A DNA stretch of 64,000 nt from NCBI GenBank assembly GCA_051294375.1, contig CM119270.1, positions 16,364,152 to 16,428,151 on the forward strand, given 5' to 3'. The DNA comes from Paraspadella gotoi (Eukaryota > Animalia > Chaetognatha). Shown one piece after another: positions 1-22,505 of the stretch. The number at the start of each line of letters is the position of its first letter. The first letter of the stretch is position 1. The position numbers and the translations under genes are program-made. Below the pieces are notes generated by a model that had not been told where the DNA came from, did no database searches, and saw only the letters and a program-made list of their open reading frames with translations.

Positions 1-264
1 AAGTGATAGACAAAAAGCATTGGTCAAGTTCAGGGTTTGAAAAGGGACTGGCCAGGAATAATGGGGATATAATAAGCCTTTCCATTCACCCTGAATGAAC
101 CCAATAAAAACCCTAACCCTAATTAATTTATCTTATTTGTAATCTTGCATCATTTACAGCAGGCCATTTTTTTAGCCCTAACCCTAACCTTTTATCTCAT
201 GCCAAGCTAAAATCTTAAATCTTAACTCTACAAGGTGACACACAACAGCCTGCCGCTAAAAAAA

Positions 265-1420
265 ATCGTCATTTACAAATTTGTAAATTTTTTTTAATCT
301 GAAAAAGTTTTTCTGTAATAAAAACCTAAATCATTTATATAACCAAATTTTATATTGATTGGTTTTGATTTGACTTGTCACTGAGCAGAGAAAAGTTGCC
401 TTCAAAATTGTGTTTCATTTTAAAACTTTATTTTTTTATTCAATCTGTTTTTCTAACTTTTTAACTATTTTTTTACAAAACTTTATATAAAAAGGTATCA
501 AAATTAATATATTCTGAAAGCTTTTAAAAATATAAAGAGATTGGCATAATTAAAAATACTGTAATATTAAAAATACCTATCTGCTTTAAGATAATTATTA
601 AATTAAAAATTCTTAAAGAGCAGTTTTTGAATAATTATTAAATTATTGTTAGCTATTTAATTTAGTTTTTCTTAAGCTTTTTTATGATACTTATATAAAC
701 AATAATTGGTAAGATCATTATAGTAAGAATAGGTCAGATATTTAAAAAAAATTATTTTAGTATTTTATTATTTCAATTTGGATTCTCTTAATTAAACTAA
801 AGCTGGTTAGGCTTATTTTCAGTTAGAATATTCTTAAATATATCATTTTCTCAAATTTTCAAGAGCTTTCAGAAGATATTAATATTGATACCTTTTTATA
901 TAAAAGTTTTTATTTGGAGAGAAAACAAAAATTTGTTATTTGATAACAATGGTTTTGTTGTTATTTAAATTGGACATTTTTTGACTCTAGGACTTCATAG
1001 TTTTTATTAGCATTAAATTCAAAAACATTTCAGTTTTTAAATATTGAGTTTGTAAATTTAAATGCTGATGAAGACCCGAAAGTTATAGAATCGAAACATA
1101 TCCGATTTAAATAGAAACAAAATTATTGTTGTCAAATAATGAATTTTTGTTTTCTCTCTAAATAATTCAAAAAAACAAAAAAGAAAGGATTAATACAATG
1201 TAAAAGTTTTTTAAAAAATGTTTATAAGTTAGACGATAAAATTGAAAAAAAAAGATTTGTTTTAAAATGAAAGACAATTTTTAAAGCAACTTTTTCCTGG
1301 TGATTATCAAGTCAATCATAACCAATAAATATAAAATTTGGATATATAAATGTTTTAGGTTTTTGCTATAGAAAAATCTTTCAGATTAAAAATATCTTCA
1401 CAAGTTTGCAAATGACAATT
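265..1420. mobile_element. foldback/MITE-like element with long imperfect inverted arms
   Basis: ~265-525 is the reverse complement of 860-910 plus ~1200-1420 (e.g. TTTAATCTGAAA...AAAACCTAAA vs TTTAGGTTTT...TTTCAGATTAAA). Confidence 0.75.
911..1164. mobile_element. nested palindromic MITE inside the right arm of the larger foldback element
   Basis: TATTTGGAGAGAAAACAAAAATTTG... at 911 pairs with ...AATTTTTGTTTTCTCTCTAAATA ending at 1164; complementarity extends over most of its length. Confidence 0.75.
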
Positions 1421-1469
1421 TGAAGTTGAGACATGGGGATAAATACATCACCTGCGGGCTCTTCCCTCA

Positions 1470-2190
1470 AAACTAAACCCTAACCCAAGTTTCCCGTACA
1501 TCTCCATGCCTTTCCCAAGCCTAACCCAGGTCTAGGCCTCCCATACATTTCCATGCCTCAACCCTAACCACCTTCGACTCGCTAACTGTGGTCTTTCCTA
1601 ACCCTAACCCTTACCCGGGCCTCTTGTTTAACTCCATTCCTCTCCCTAATCCTAACCCAGACCCTGTCCTCCAGTACATCTCTGTGCCTAAAACCCTTTG
1701 ATGCATCAACCATCGGCTTTTCCCCTAACCCGAGCCTCTCGTTCAACTCATGCTTTTCTCCCAAATCTAACCCTAACTCGGGCCTGGGCTTCCCATATAT
1801 CTCTGTGCCTTAACCCTAACCCTATCCGCCTTTGATGCATCAACAGTAAGCCTCTCCCCTACCCTAACCCAGGCCTCCCATTCAACTTCATGCCTCTCTC
1901 CTAACCCTAACCTTAACCCAGGACCGGGCTTCCTTATATATTCGTACCTCAACTTTATTCCCTAATATCCATTGCCAATACCTTCCTTAACCCTAATGCC
2001 GGCTTTTTGTTTAAAATTTTACCTTAAAATTGACATTAACCCTAACCATAACCTTAAACTACTTAACTTTAAGCCTAACCTAAATTACTCAACCCTAACC
2101 CTAATTATTACCAACTCAACCTTAACCCTAAACCAAACCAACTCAACCCTAATCTAACCTTAAACTATCTCAACCCTAACCTTAACCATA
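1470..2190 (+). repeat. degenerate telomere-like (CCCTAA/TAACCC) repeat embedded in longer tandem units
   Basis: Many CCCTAACCC and AACCTT motifs interleaved with recurring blocks (TTTGATGCATCAAC; CATCTCTGTGCC). Short copies also occur at 108-190. Confidence 0.7.
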
Positions 2191-2489
2191 ATCTGAGTTT
2201 TAAGTAAAATCACCATAATAAATAAAAATGTGCTAATCTAATATTAAAATTTAAACAATTAAATTACCAAAAAGTGAGGATGTTACCAAAAAATAAAAAA
2301 AATATTTTGCTTATTATTTTAATATTTTTAAATATAATTTTAATTATATAAATATATTTTTTAATATTAAAATATATTATATATTATAATATAAAATAAA
2401 TATTAATTATAATAAAAATATAAATTATATAATTTAAAGAATATATTATGAATATTTAATTTCTTAAATTTTAATTATATATATAGTAA

Positions 2490-2680
2490 TGGAGCCGGAG
2501 TTGGAGCCGGAAGCCGGAGCCGGAGCCGAGTTGAAATTTTTGCTGGAGCCGGAGCTGGAGCCGGAGCGGAAAAAAAATTTTGCTTGGAGCTGGAGCCGGA
2601 GCTGGAGCCGGAAAAAAATTTGGCCTGGAGCTGGAGCCGGAGCCGGAGCCGAGACAAAATTAGGTCGGCTCCACATCCCT
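2490..2680. repeat. (GGAGCC/GGAGCT)n tract ending in a hairpin and CCCTG; probable end of a non-autonomous DNA element
   Basis: Hexamer array, then the GGAGCCGA...TCGGCTCC hairpin and terminal ACATCCCTG. Confidence 0.6.
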
Positions 2681-2849
2681 GCTCTTAAGTACTAATTATT
2701 GAAAGAATCATAATATATTGGGGAAATTTAAGCGCAGGCATGAAATAAAAGAAACGTCGTTTTCAGCATTTACATTCTTAATACCAGCTCACATGATAAC
2801 ATGATTACACAATTATGAAATGTATACATCATGAAGCAAATAAAAGTCT

Positions 2850-5800
2850 TTACTTTCTAGCTTCCAATACGCCATGCTCGACGGGCGGCTCCAACCTGTC
2901 GCACATGCTGGAGACAAAGAGTCCAATGGCGATTGCGACCAGGGCTTCCATGACAATAGCTGCTGTTACTGTCCGATAGAGGGCGAGGAGTGATACTGGC
3001 GCAGCATAGAATGTCAACCAAAAAATTACGTTGACGATGACTATGATAGTTAGAAGCACCTGACGCAGAGACGAGACAAGCTTAGTTCCGATATTTATTT
3101 ATCTTTATTATCTTTCCTTAATTGAGAGCAGTTGCAGTTAAAACGTAGTCAAACTCAAAATCTGAGTTAGCAAAAAAAATAAATTAAAATTTCTTTTACC
3201 ATGACACTGCTCTAAGCGACACTTTTATTATTTTCAACCAACCTCTATGGTGAAAAAAACGGCGATTGCAAAGTAGTATATAGGAATAGGGTATAAGTTG
3301 CTTGCGGAGTCACGTTGAATCGCCTCCGAATCATTAGGGATGACAATCGTTAGCAAAATCACCGTGCTGGAATTGTTGGAAAAACAAATTCACGGCGAAT
3401 GAATTTTCATAACGAGCCTCTTATAAAGAATTAACTGATAACCTGACAATTAGTTTGGCATATTTATATTATCTATTCATATCTAAATAATTCCTAATTT
3501 ATAATGATGTCGATATGATGCGTTGTGATGCCAGTTGTGTGGGATAACTCTAAGGTTGCCCTGTATCACTGGACGGATTAATTTTTCTGTAGATATTGTC
3601 AAAACATATACCATTGTGAAATTTGGATGGCGAGTAAGGATGCAAAGCCATTTTACTAGAATGGGAGGTTTCTGCTACATGAAACGTAATCATATCAGAT
3701 CTGTGGGGCGTCATGTTTGTAAATAGACTAAAACACGATATTATGGCAACAGCCGGGTTGCCTGTGATGCCCATTGGGATGGGGCATCTCACTGTTGGCT
3801 TTGGGGGCTTCCGACCCTCAGTGACGCCTCCAGTCACTGGCGCGGTTACCCAAGGACGGTCTCGCTTTGCCAACGCAGAGGGAAGTCGTTAGGACTGTGG
3901 TTGGAACACTACGCCTGGGATGGTGTGTTCCCCCTCTGAGCCAATGGAATTGGCTGAAGGATGGTGGACGTGAGGCGGTGCGAATATACCACCACAATAT
4001 TCGATTTAAAATTACTCGGGATTATTAATTATATTTAGCACCTCAACGGACGCGTCAAGTCGGTATCTACACTGTGCTCCACCTGTGAAGAGGTAAAAAG
4101 GCGAGAATAAAGATGAGGCCGACTGTGTTATTTCTCGACGATTGCTTGTCAAAGTCGATGCCGTGGTAAAGAATCCCAATACAAAAACTGACGATGACAA
4201 GCCCGATGAATCGCACAAAGAAGGATGCTGGATTGCGAATGGCATTCTTTAGTTGTCGATCAAATATGAGACGGAACTGTCGAGTAAAAAAAAAATTGAA
4301 AAAAAAACAAAAAAAAAAAACAAAAAAACGATTCTTTGATACATTATTATCATCGTCATTCGATTTATAATTTAATCAATTAAATTTATGCCTGCGTAAA
4401 GCCGTGTCCCAACGAAACCAAAATGCACTCCATTTCTTGCGCTTTCTCCATGAATTTATCGGACTGAGGATGTGACTCCAACGTCCGGATTATATTTTTC
4501 ACTTCATCTTCTTTCCCACTCGCGGCGAAGGCTCTGGCGATTTTATCGATGCGTCGAAGACAGTGTTCTTGAAAACCCGGCACCATCGAGAGCGTCAAAG
4601 TGTAGTGGTCGGCCGGGTTGTAATTCGTTGGGCAAGGAAAGCCCGCCGCTACAAATATCTGATTAAAAAGGGCGATGGTTTCAATCTTATTTCGTTTTTA
4701 ATCGTAAAGAAGAAGGATAAACATGGAGTAAAACCTTTGTTTCTACCTATATCATATAGTTTTTTATACACTATTAGCTTAAAAAGTATCAAATTCACGT
4801 TCTTTTTAATACAAAACCACCAAAAATGCTCACATCATAGCAATCCGAAGATTTTCCGATGAATACGCACTTCCCGTTTGCCATGAGACAAATGTCATCA
4901 AAAAGCTCAAATATCTCAGATGACGGTTGATGGATTGTGCAGATAATTGTCCGCCCATGGCTCGCGTAATTCTAGCAAGATCAGGGGTTGCGTGAAGAAC
5001 CATGCTCAAACCATGCTCATTGTGCACTTTGATTTTATTCCCAAAGGCAAAGGTAGATGGGACAAATACATACGACTTCCGAGGGTGCCGGGCATCACGG
5101 GGGTGAATTTACTAATTGTGAAATATTCTTCAAATAGGAAGTCTGTTCCTGTCACCCTCCACCTTGAGCCTCTCGACGAGACTCCGCGCGAGGTACGAGT
5201 CAAGACCGGAAGTGGGTTCGTCGCAAAAGATGAGGATGGAGCGATCGATGACCTCAGTGGCGAAGGATAGACGCCGCATCTCCCCGCCGGAGATTCCCTT
5301 CAACGTCCCGGGAATCCCGATGTGCGTGTTTTGACAGGAGGTCAGCCCCATTTCAAAGATGAGGCGATTCACGTTGATTTCGCGAGCTTTGCGCGGAAGT
5401 TTCTTCGCGAAAGGAAGGGGGGAGAGAAAATTTGTGTAGATTTTTAAAAATTATCACTATGTGGGACAAATTGGGACATATTGTTTTAAATCTATATAAT
5501 TCGGTTTTCATCAAGACCGATGTTGCAATCTAGAGTAAGTTAGTCCTGTCATTCTGTCTGTCTGTCAGTGTATCTGTCGTCCATTCCGACAAATAAGGTT
5601 AATTATTAGTTTAAGGATATAGGTAACCCCCATTTGAATGTATCCGTTGTTTGACCAAAATATATATTTTTCCACTACCTTTAATCGCAGCGCTGAATGG
5701 AAGCACAGATGCTCCCGAACTGTGAGGCAACCGAAAAAGATGTCCTTTTGTGGAACATAGGCGGAGATGTCACTCATGATTTTGCGGTTCACCTTGTGGC

Positions 5801-6713
5801 CATTGACTCTCACGGATCCTAGGATACAATCAGGTAAAGTTTTGATCAAAAGCTAGCAACGTTTTGTTGGATTATCTTTTTATCTTGTAAACAGTAAACA
5901 GTAAACAGTCAGAAAGCCCATCATAACCTATCCGTTTTCCAAAGTCATCGGCTGATCATGATTATCTATGAAATGAATGGACTTTAGTGCCACACAGGCG
6001 GGACAAATTACCCCAAGTTTCAGAAAATCAGCTCTCACTGTGGTCCGCCATAAGAGTTAACGTCCCGTTCCATTCACTAGCAAAGCCACCAATGAGTTTC
6101 AAACCCAAGACCACTTGGTGGAAAAACATAATCAAGAATTAGTGTACCAAGTTCTCCTCATACCCTTGATATTGAGTCCGCCCATTTTTCGAAAAGTCAG
6201 CACATTCATCAGCGTCGTCTTCCCCGCTCCAGAAGCGCCCATCAACCCCATCAGTTTTCCGGGTAAAACGACGCCGTTGACGTCCCTGAAAATTAAAGTT
6301 AGGCGCGGTCGAATGATCCACCACAAAAACCGTAAAGGTCACGCCAATTACTCGAGGATCTTAGTTGGTTCCTTTTTTTTTCTCCCCTTCGACTTCGGGG
6401 TAGCGCTGATGTTTGACCACGAGAGAGTGAGACGATACTTTTCCGGGACGCCAGTCTGCGTCAACAGGGAGTTCTTGAAAACGCCGGAGATGGGCTTGAC
6501 TCGGGCCAAGGGCGTGTCATTGGGGTTGATGGCGGAATATTGAGAGGAGACTTTGAACAAATCGGTTTTGCTAACATTGGCGCTGGCAGGGTCGGCGGCA
6601 TTTACGTCGGCAGGGTCGGTGGCAGTGTCGGTGAAGTTTCGGTAGGAAGGGTCGGTATATTTTGAGCTGGCAGAGTCGATGTGCGGAGTTTCAATTTCAG
6701 GTCTATTGGTTCC
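2850..6713 (-). CDS. ABCG-family (white/scarlet-like) ABC half-transporter, spliced; 5' end unresolved and C-terminal TMD apparently incomplete
   Basis: Phase-consistent exons: 6713-6352, 6285-6164 (Walker [10 protein letters not shown]), 5818-5679 (SAYVPQKD), 5402-5163 ([14 protein letters not shown] signature; [10 protein letters not shown] Walker B/D-loop), 4971-4834 ([15 protein letters not shown]-loop), 4658-4392 ([11 protein letters not shown]), 4276-4083 ([19 protein letters not shown] start), 3366-3243 ([16 protein letters not shown]), 3059-2850. The NBD-then-TMD order is diagnostic of ABCG. Confidence 0.9.
3745..3955. other. GC-rich multi-hairpin element in an ABCG intron (structured RNA or retroelement UTR)
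   Basis: At least seven 6-7 bp stems, two of them long-range and enclosing others (see findings). Confidence 0.5.
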
Positions 6714-6772
6714 CTGCAGAAGAGAACAGCTTTGGGTTTACAGTCCGAACTCTCTCTCTCTCTCTCTCTCTC

Positions 6773-6816
<44 letters not shown>

Positions 6817-7268
6817 CTCTCTTCATCTCTCTCTCTCTCTCTCTTCTCTTCTCTCTCTCTCTCTCTCTCTCCCTGTTTACCGTCATTTTCTGCCTCCATT
6901 CTTTGGTTTCCACGGAGAAAAGATTACCACGTTCAAACTATCGCGTCGTAACCAAGTTAGATTTTAAATTCGTATCACAGTAAAGTAAAGTAAATCCATT
7001 ATTTATTCATTTAATTAACAACGTAGTTTTTCGAAGTTTCTTCAACTCAAAATAGTTTTATCAATTAATGCAGAGTCAAAATTTATTGTACGCCGACGCT
7101 GCCGACATAACTCGGACTTTAACCTTTGTTCATTGAGTCTAAATTTTTTTTCCCCCATCTCCTCCTTTGGCGCCAATGTCCAAAGCTTTTCTGCACCTTC
7201 GTTCGTCAGTTACAACAGTAAGATGTTTGGAAATTGTATTGGAATTTCCGTCATCAAATTATTTCTCG

Positions 7269-7429
7269 TTACATTTGAGAAAAAATAGGGTTGTTGCTTT
7301 CTCTCCCGAGTCTTCCTGGTTTCTCGTCGTCGTCGTCGTCGTCGTCGTCTTCGTATTCGTCATCGTTTGTCATTCTTTGACGTTTCCACGACGGGGCGCC
7401 TTGATGTTTCTGTGTCACTGGCAACGTCT

Positions 7430-7463
<34 letters not shown>

Positions 7464-7490
7464 TCCGTTCGTCGTCGTTTTATTCGACAT
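7269..7490 (-). CDS. possible first (ATG-containing) exon of the ABCG gene; low-complexity Thr/Asp-rich ORF
   Basis: ATG at 7490 lies upstream of the phase-0 acceptor at 6714, but I found no clean phase-0 donor and the ORF is largely GAC/ACG microsatellite. Confidence 0.25.
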
Positions 7491-8353
7491 AATTTTTTTC
7501 CCGTATTCTATTTCTTTTCAGAGAGTCCGTCGAAATACTAATCTTGAATATACTAATTTTACTACTTATTACAGTTACAGTCATGCTCTGGTGTAGAAAT
7601 AACTTTAGTAAACTTTACTTAAGTCAGCTTCTTACTCTTTCACTTTTTCCTCGTTTTCTCTTTTCCGTTTAATTTATTTTCTTTCTTCTCTACTACCACT
7701 ATCTCTACTATACTCTGTTTCACCCCTTTTTCCTTCTACTTCTGTTTTGTATATTTTCTTATTTACTTTTCTCTATCTGGTCAAGTCTACTGTATCTATC
7801 TATATCTATCTATCTCTCTCCTCTCCCAATGTCCGCATTTCCATCTTCTTTTTTTCCTTTTTCTTCATCTCTTTCTTCTCCACTTCTCTTTCCTTCTTTC
7901 TCTCTCAATCTTCTTTCTTCCTATATTTGAAAGAGAGAAGAAAAAAAAGTTTCCCTTTGTTTTTCCTTCCTTTTTCTCTTCTTTACGATTTCCGCCTCGA
8001 ATGAAATCATTAACCTTTTTTCCAGCCTTTGGAAGTTGAAGAGGAAAAAAAGGGGAGGGAGAGGGAGGAAGGGAGGAGAAAGGAGACAGGGGGAGGAATG
8101 GGGGAGGAAGAGAGGAAGGGGAAAGAAGGGAGAGAAGATGAAAGTATGGGAGGAAGAAGTGCAAGAGGAGTGCAAGAGAGGGTATGTCAGGGAAAGGTGA
8201 AGAAAGGGAGAGGAAGTGAGGGAGAAGGAAAAAGAGGTAGGAAGAGAGAGGAAGAGGAAGGGAGGAAGAGAAAGGAAAGGTGGGAGGAAAGGGAGGATAG
8301 GAAGACAAGATTGAGATATACAGAGGTAGGACGAGGTGAGTATATAAAAAAAA

Positions 8354-8432
8354 GCCTGTCCTAAGTCAGGGGCAAGATAGCTTATTTATTAAATTAATGG
8401 ATAATTATTATTTTGGTCGTACCAATTTCATA
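8354..8432 (+). mobile_element. terminal fragment of the dispersed GTACCAATTTCA-TA MITE family
   Basis: AGTCAGGGGCAAGATAGCTTATT...GTACCAATTTCATA is shared with 28188-28255 and, inverted, with 56841-56932. Confidence 0.65.
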
Positions 8433-9296
8433 TAAGGGCGAAGAGAAAATGAAAGCGTTCATACCTCATTTTTAAAATCGTCTGCAAACGTTCATCTGCG
8501 ATTCTTGGNNNNNNNNNNNNNNNNNNNNNNNNNNNNNNNNNNNNNNNNNNNNNNNNNNNNNNNNNNNNNNNNNNNNNNNNNNNNNNNNNNNNNNNNNNNN
8601 NNNNNNNNNNNNNNNNNNNNNNNNNNNNNNNNNNNNNNNNNNNNNNNNNNNNNNNNNNNNNNNNNNNNNNNNNNNNNNNNNNNNNNNNNNNNNNNNNNNN
8701 NNNNNNNNNNNNNNNNNNNGACAAGCAGAAAAATAGGGGAGATTCAATGAAGAGTAAAAGATCTGAACCTTGAAAGATTTTTCTCATACGATGTATTTAA
8801 TTTTTTTTTTATTTCAAAAAATTTCGATATCTGGCAGCAAANNNNNNNNNNNNNNNNNNNNNNNNNNNNNNNNNNNNNNNNNNNNNNNNNNNNNNNNNNN
8901 NNNNNNNNNNNNNNNNNNNNNNNNNNNNNNNNNNNNNNNNNNNNNNNNNNNNNNNNNNNNNNNNNNNNNNNNNNNNNNNNNNNNNNNNNNNNNNNNNNNN
9001 NNNNNNNNNNNNNNNNNNNNNNNNNNNNNNNNNNNNNNNNNNNNNNNNNNNNNNNNNNNNNNNNNNNNNNNNNNNNNNNNNNNNNNNNNNNNNNNNNNNN
9101 NNNNNNNNNNNNNNNNNNNNNNNNNNNNNNAATAAAAAAAAAAATTCTTGATAGAATTTTATTGTTGCTGATGTAATTGTAATGAATAATATTAAAAGAG
9201 ACCAAACATGGTTTTAATTTAATCTAACGCGATGCCTTTTTTAGTCGAGACGCCCTTTAATCTCTGGATCTTATAAATTTGTGGAGGGGGTTCATG

Positions 9297-9343
<47 letters not shown>

Positions 9344-9808
9344 TCCCACTCCCACTCCCTCCCGTTGAATTAGTCTTCGAATCAAAGTTGAATTTCAGAT
9401 CCAGAAAAGTATTGATTTTTTTTTCTCAACTCGAAATCCAGAATTGAGTTGTTGTTTTTCCGATTCGTGAGTCGAATCAGAAAAGCGAAAATAAAAAAAA
9501 TCGATATTTCGTTTAGTGAACAAAAAAAAAATGATGAAGAAAACAATTTGATTTGATAAGAATAAAGTTTTGCTTCTGAAAAGTTTTCAAATTAATTATT
9601 GATCTCATTGGTCATAATTTGGATTATTTTATCTTATTTTATTCATGGAGATAATTTAAATGCAACATTGTTATTATATTTTCGAAAATTTTTGTGAAGA
9701 TTGAGAAAATCAGTGTATGATATTATAAATATTTTATTATTTACTTTATTGTTTCTTTCTTACTCAATCAAATCCAAAAGCAAAAAAAAAAAAAAAAACT
9801 CTAGTCGT

Positions 9809-9824
9809 TTTATTTACATTTATT
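9809..9824 (-). promoter_or_regulatory. candidate tandem AATAAA polyadenylation signals of SERCA
   Basis: Two TTTATT on the + strand (9809-9814, 9819-9824) about 700 nt past the stop, followed on the minus strand by a U-rich run (9782-9798). Confidence 0.35.
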
Positions 9825-10521
9825 CAGTCATGAAGTTGTAAATAAATAGATGAATCCAAGTGTAAATTATTGATTCAATGATACAACCAAGTGATACGTT
9901 TAATTTAGACATGGGTATAAAAAAAAACTTTTGGTGGGCTAAAAAACGTAACAAAGTCAAAGGAAGAAACGATTGGGATGTTATCCTTTGTCTAGACAGT
10001 CGATTAAATTGCACAGCACTCTGGTATCTAGCGATCTGTTTTGTATTTTTATATCAGAACCTAAAAGGAGTAGTATAACTACTTCTAAGTAATTTAATCC
10101 CGAAACTTGGCCAAAGATAGGGAAAATTTAACGTTAAAACGCAGACTAGAATAAGACACTCGATCAAAAAAAAAGCCCTTCGCTAATTTTGAAATTGCGG
10201 AACTTTTTGTGATTAAATTTTTGTTTCCATTTTGACAGAGAGAACAATATATATATATAACTTAGCATCGTTATTTAGACTTTGGTATTATTTTGATATA
10301 TATATATTTTTTTTGAGAAGTCGTCAAAACCAGTCTAAAATAGCTACGAAATTAAAAAAAAAAAAAAACCTAAGCAACGACTAAAAACAAAGATTTTACA
10401 AAAAAAAAAAGAACAAATAATTTAACGATTAGTTTAAAAAAAAAAAACTAACTAAAATAATCATTATTCATTAGCAGGAGTCTTCGATAGATTAGCGACT
10501 CTTCCCTCGAGAGAAACGAAT

Positions 10522-20705
<10,184 letters not shown>

Positions 20706-21310
20706 TCACTGGGTAAATAAATATTAAAAATAACTTTTTTTTTGGTGGGGGGGGGGAAGGAGAGGGAAAAAATAAGGCAAACGAATAATAGCGAGATCGG
20801 TTTACTGAGGGAATCGTTCTCGGACACGAACTGTTCTTATTACGAAAAGTGGTTGCGGTTTTAAGTCTAATTTGCATATTGCAGTAATCTTTAAAATCAG
20901 AATATTTATGATTCCAGTGTCAAACAGCCGTAGAATGCCAAAAAAAATAATTTAAACTAAATAAACATATGAAAAAGGTGGAGTTGCTAAAAGTTATCTA
21001 TATTAAGCATGCATTTTTTAGGTTGCGATAAAAAAAGATTAATTGTTTTTAAGAGAATATTTTTGAAATACTTTTTAAAAAAATCGTGACACTATTATGA
21101 AAATATTTTATATGAAAGATTTTTTTTTTAAAAGAAATTAGAATAATTATACGAAAAATTCTTCTTTTCGAAAATATTCCGCCGTGAACATTTTGTCCTA
21201 ACCTTAATGAGGTAGTACATTTGCTCATTTTTGAAGCGTTTAAATAGTATTATTTAACTTTATTATGCCTTTGAAGCCCTTCTCTTTTCAGAGTTCAGCA
21301 ATCGGCATAC

Positions 21311-21562
21311 CTGGAGGATCTTTCTTCGGCGACGTCGAAAAAAAAATCCAGGATCGGTTCGAGGATCCACCGTCGACTGAATCCACCAAGGAGAAGACGA
21401 TGATGATGACCCTCAACGACGAACGACGAACGACGACGACGACGACGACGGGACGACGATGGTGGGGATGATTATGGTGGATGAGAACGATGAAGAGGAG
21501 CGTGAAGAGGTGGTCTGTTCGGCCTGCTTCTCTCTCTCTCTCTCTCATTCTCTTCTTTCTCT

Positions 21563-21620
<58 letters not shown>

Positions 21621-21781
21621 GGGCCCGGATTGAGGATCTGCAAAGAGCCTTGGACGTTGAAGACCCGAGCGACGATGAGCTTCGGCAACGTTGCAGTAAC
21701 AGTATAAGCTGGCAGCAGCAGCAACGGCAGCAACAAGCGAGGTTCGGTGAAGCGATCGGCTGCTGATTTTCGGATGTTGAC
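21311..21781 (-). other. putative 5'UTR exon of SERCA, splicing to an acceptor at 20709
   Basis: Strong acceptor (poly-T)CACAG ending at 21782, donor CAG|GTATGC at 21310, and acceptor TTTATTTACCCAG at 20709, 168 nt upstream of the SERCA ATG. Confidence 0.5.
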
Positions 21782-21851
21782 CTGTGAAAAAAAAACTTTT
21801 ATGAGAAAAAGAGAGAGCGAGAAACTGAAATAGATAGGGGGAGAACGAGAG

Positions 21852-21908
<57 letters not shown>

Positions 21909-22414
21909 TCATAAAACGATAGAGGAGACCAATGTAAATCAATTCATGACGTAAAGGTAGAAATTTTTCTCTGTAATTGTGTTTAAGGTACTAAAAGGTC
22001 GAATCCAAAATTGTTTTCTTTTTTGTAAGGTTTTTTGGTGTGCTGTTATTTTGTTTTGTTAGTTGGGGTCAACTGTTAAGTAAACATAACTACAATTTTT
22101 ATGAGGTAAGGACTTTCGCAATGAGCTTATTATAATATTTACAAAAAAAAAAGATTACAAATTAAGCTGTGGATTAAAAAAAGAAAAAAAGAAAGAAAAA
22201 AATAGGACTGAAATCTTGTCTCTTTTTTTTTCGCTTCCATCTCCGTGAAGGTCAACGGGTCCCAAGGAAGACAGGACCAATTCTTTTCTCTTTTCTTTAT
22301 TTCATTTCCTTTTCTTTTTCTCATTCGCTCCTCCTTTGTTTCCTTTCTCCTTTCTTCTGAGCTCCTTTCCTTTATTTCCTGGAGGAGAAACGGTCCGTCC
22401 TTCGTTGTTCTTTC

Positions 22415-22505
22415 TTTTAGTTGCGCCGCGAGTACTCGCGGAGCAACTCTATAAGTCACTTTTCGGTCGGTCCGTCGGTATGTCTGTCTGTCGGTCTGTC
22501 TCACT
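22415..22505 (+). mobile_element. Helentron/HINE (DINE-1-like) terminal fragment
   Basis: T-run, hairpin AGTTGC-G-CCGCGAGTACTCGCGG-A-GCAACT, then CTATAAGTCACT and a GTCG/GTCT microsatellite; this layout is typical of HINE/DINE-like elements. Confidence 0.5.

Noticed and set aside
4972-5162. Apparent degeneration of ABCG after the Walker B motif
   Set aside because: It is a normal intron; the H-loop exon is intact at 4971-4834.
6602-8364. Long ORFs rich in RE, SL, F or EGRK here and throughout the window (e.g. 31282-32561, 40825-42255, 55294-58435)
   Set aside because: They are translations of (AG)n, (AAAG)n and (GAC)n microsatellites and purine tracts, with no domain features.
8428-9205. 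ORFs spanning N runs (also near 48.7, 59.8, 61.0 and 63.1 kb)
   Set aside because: Artefacts of translating assembly gaps.
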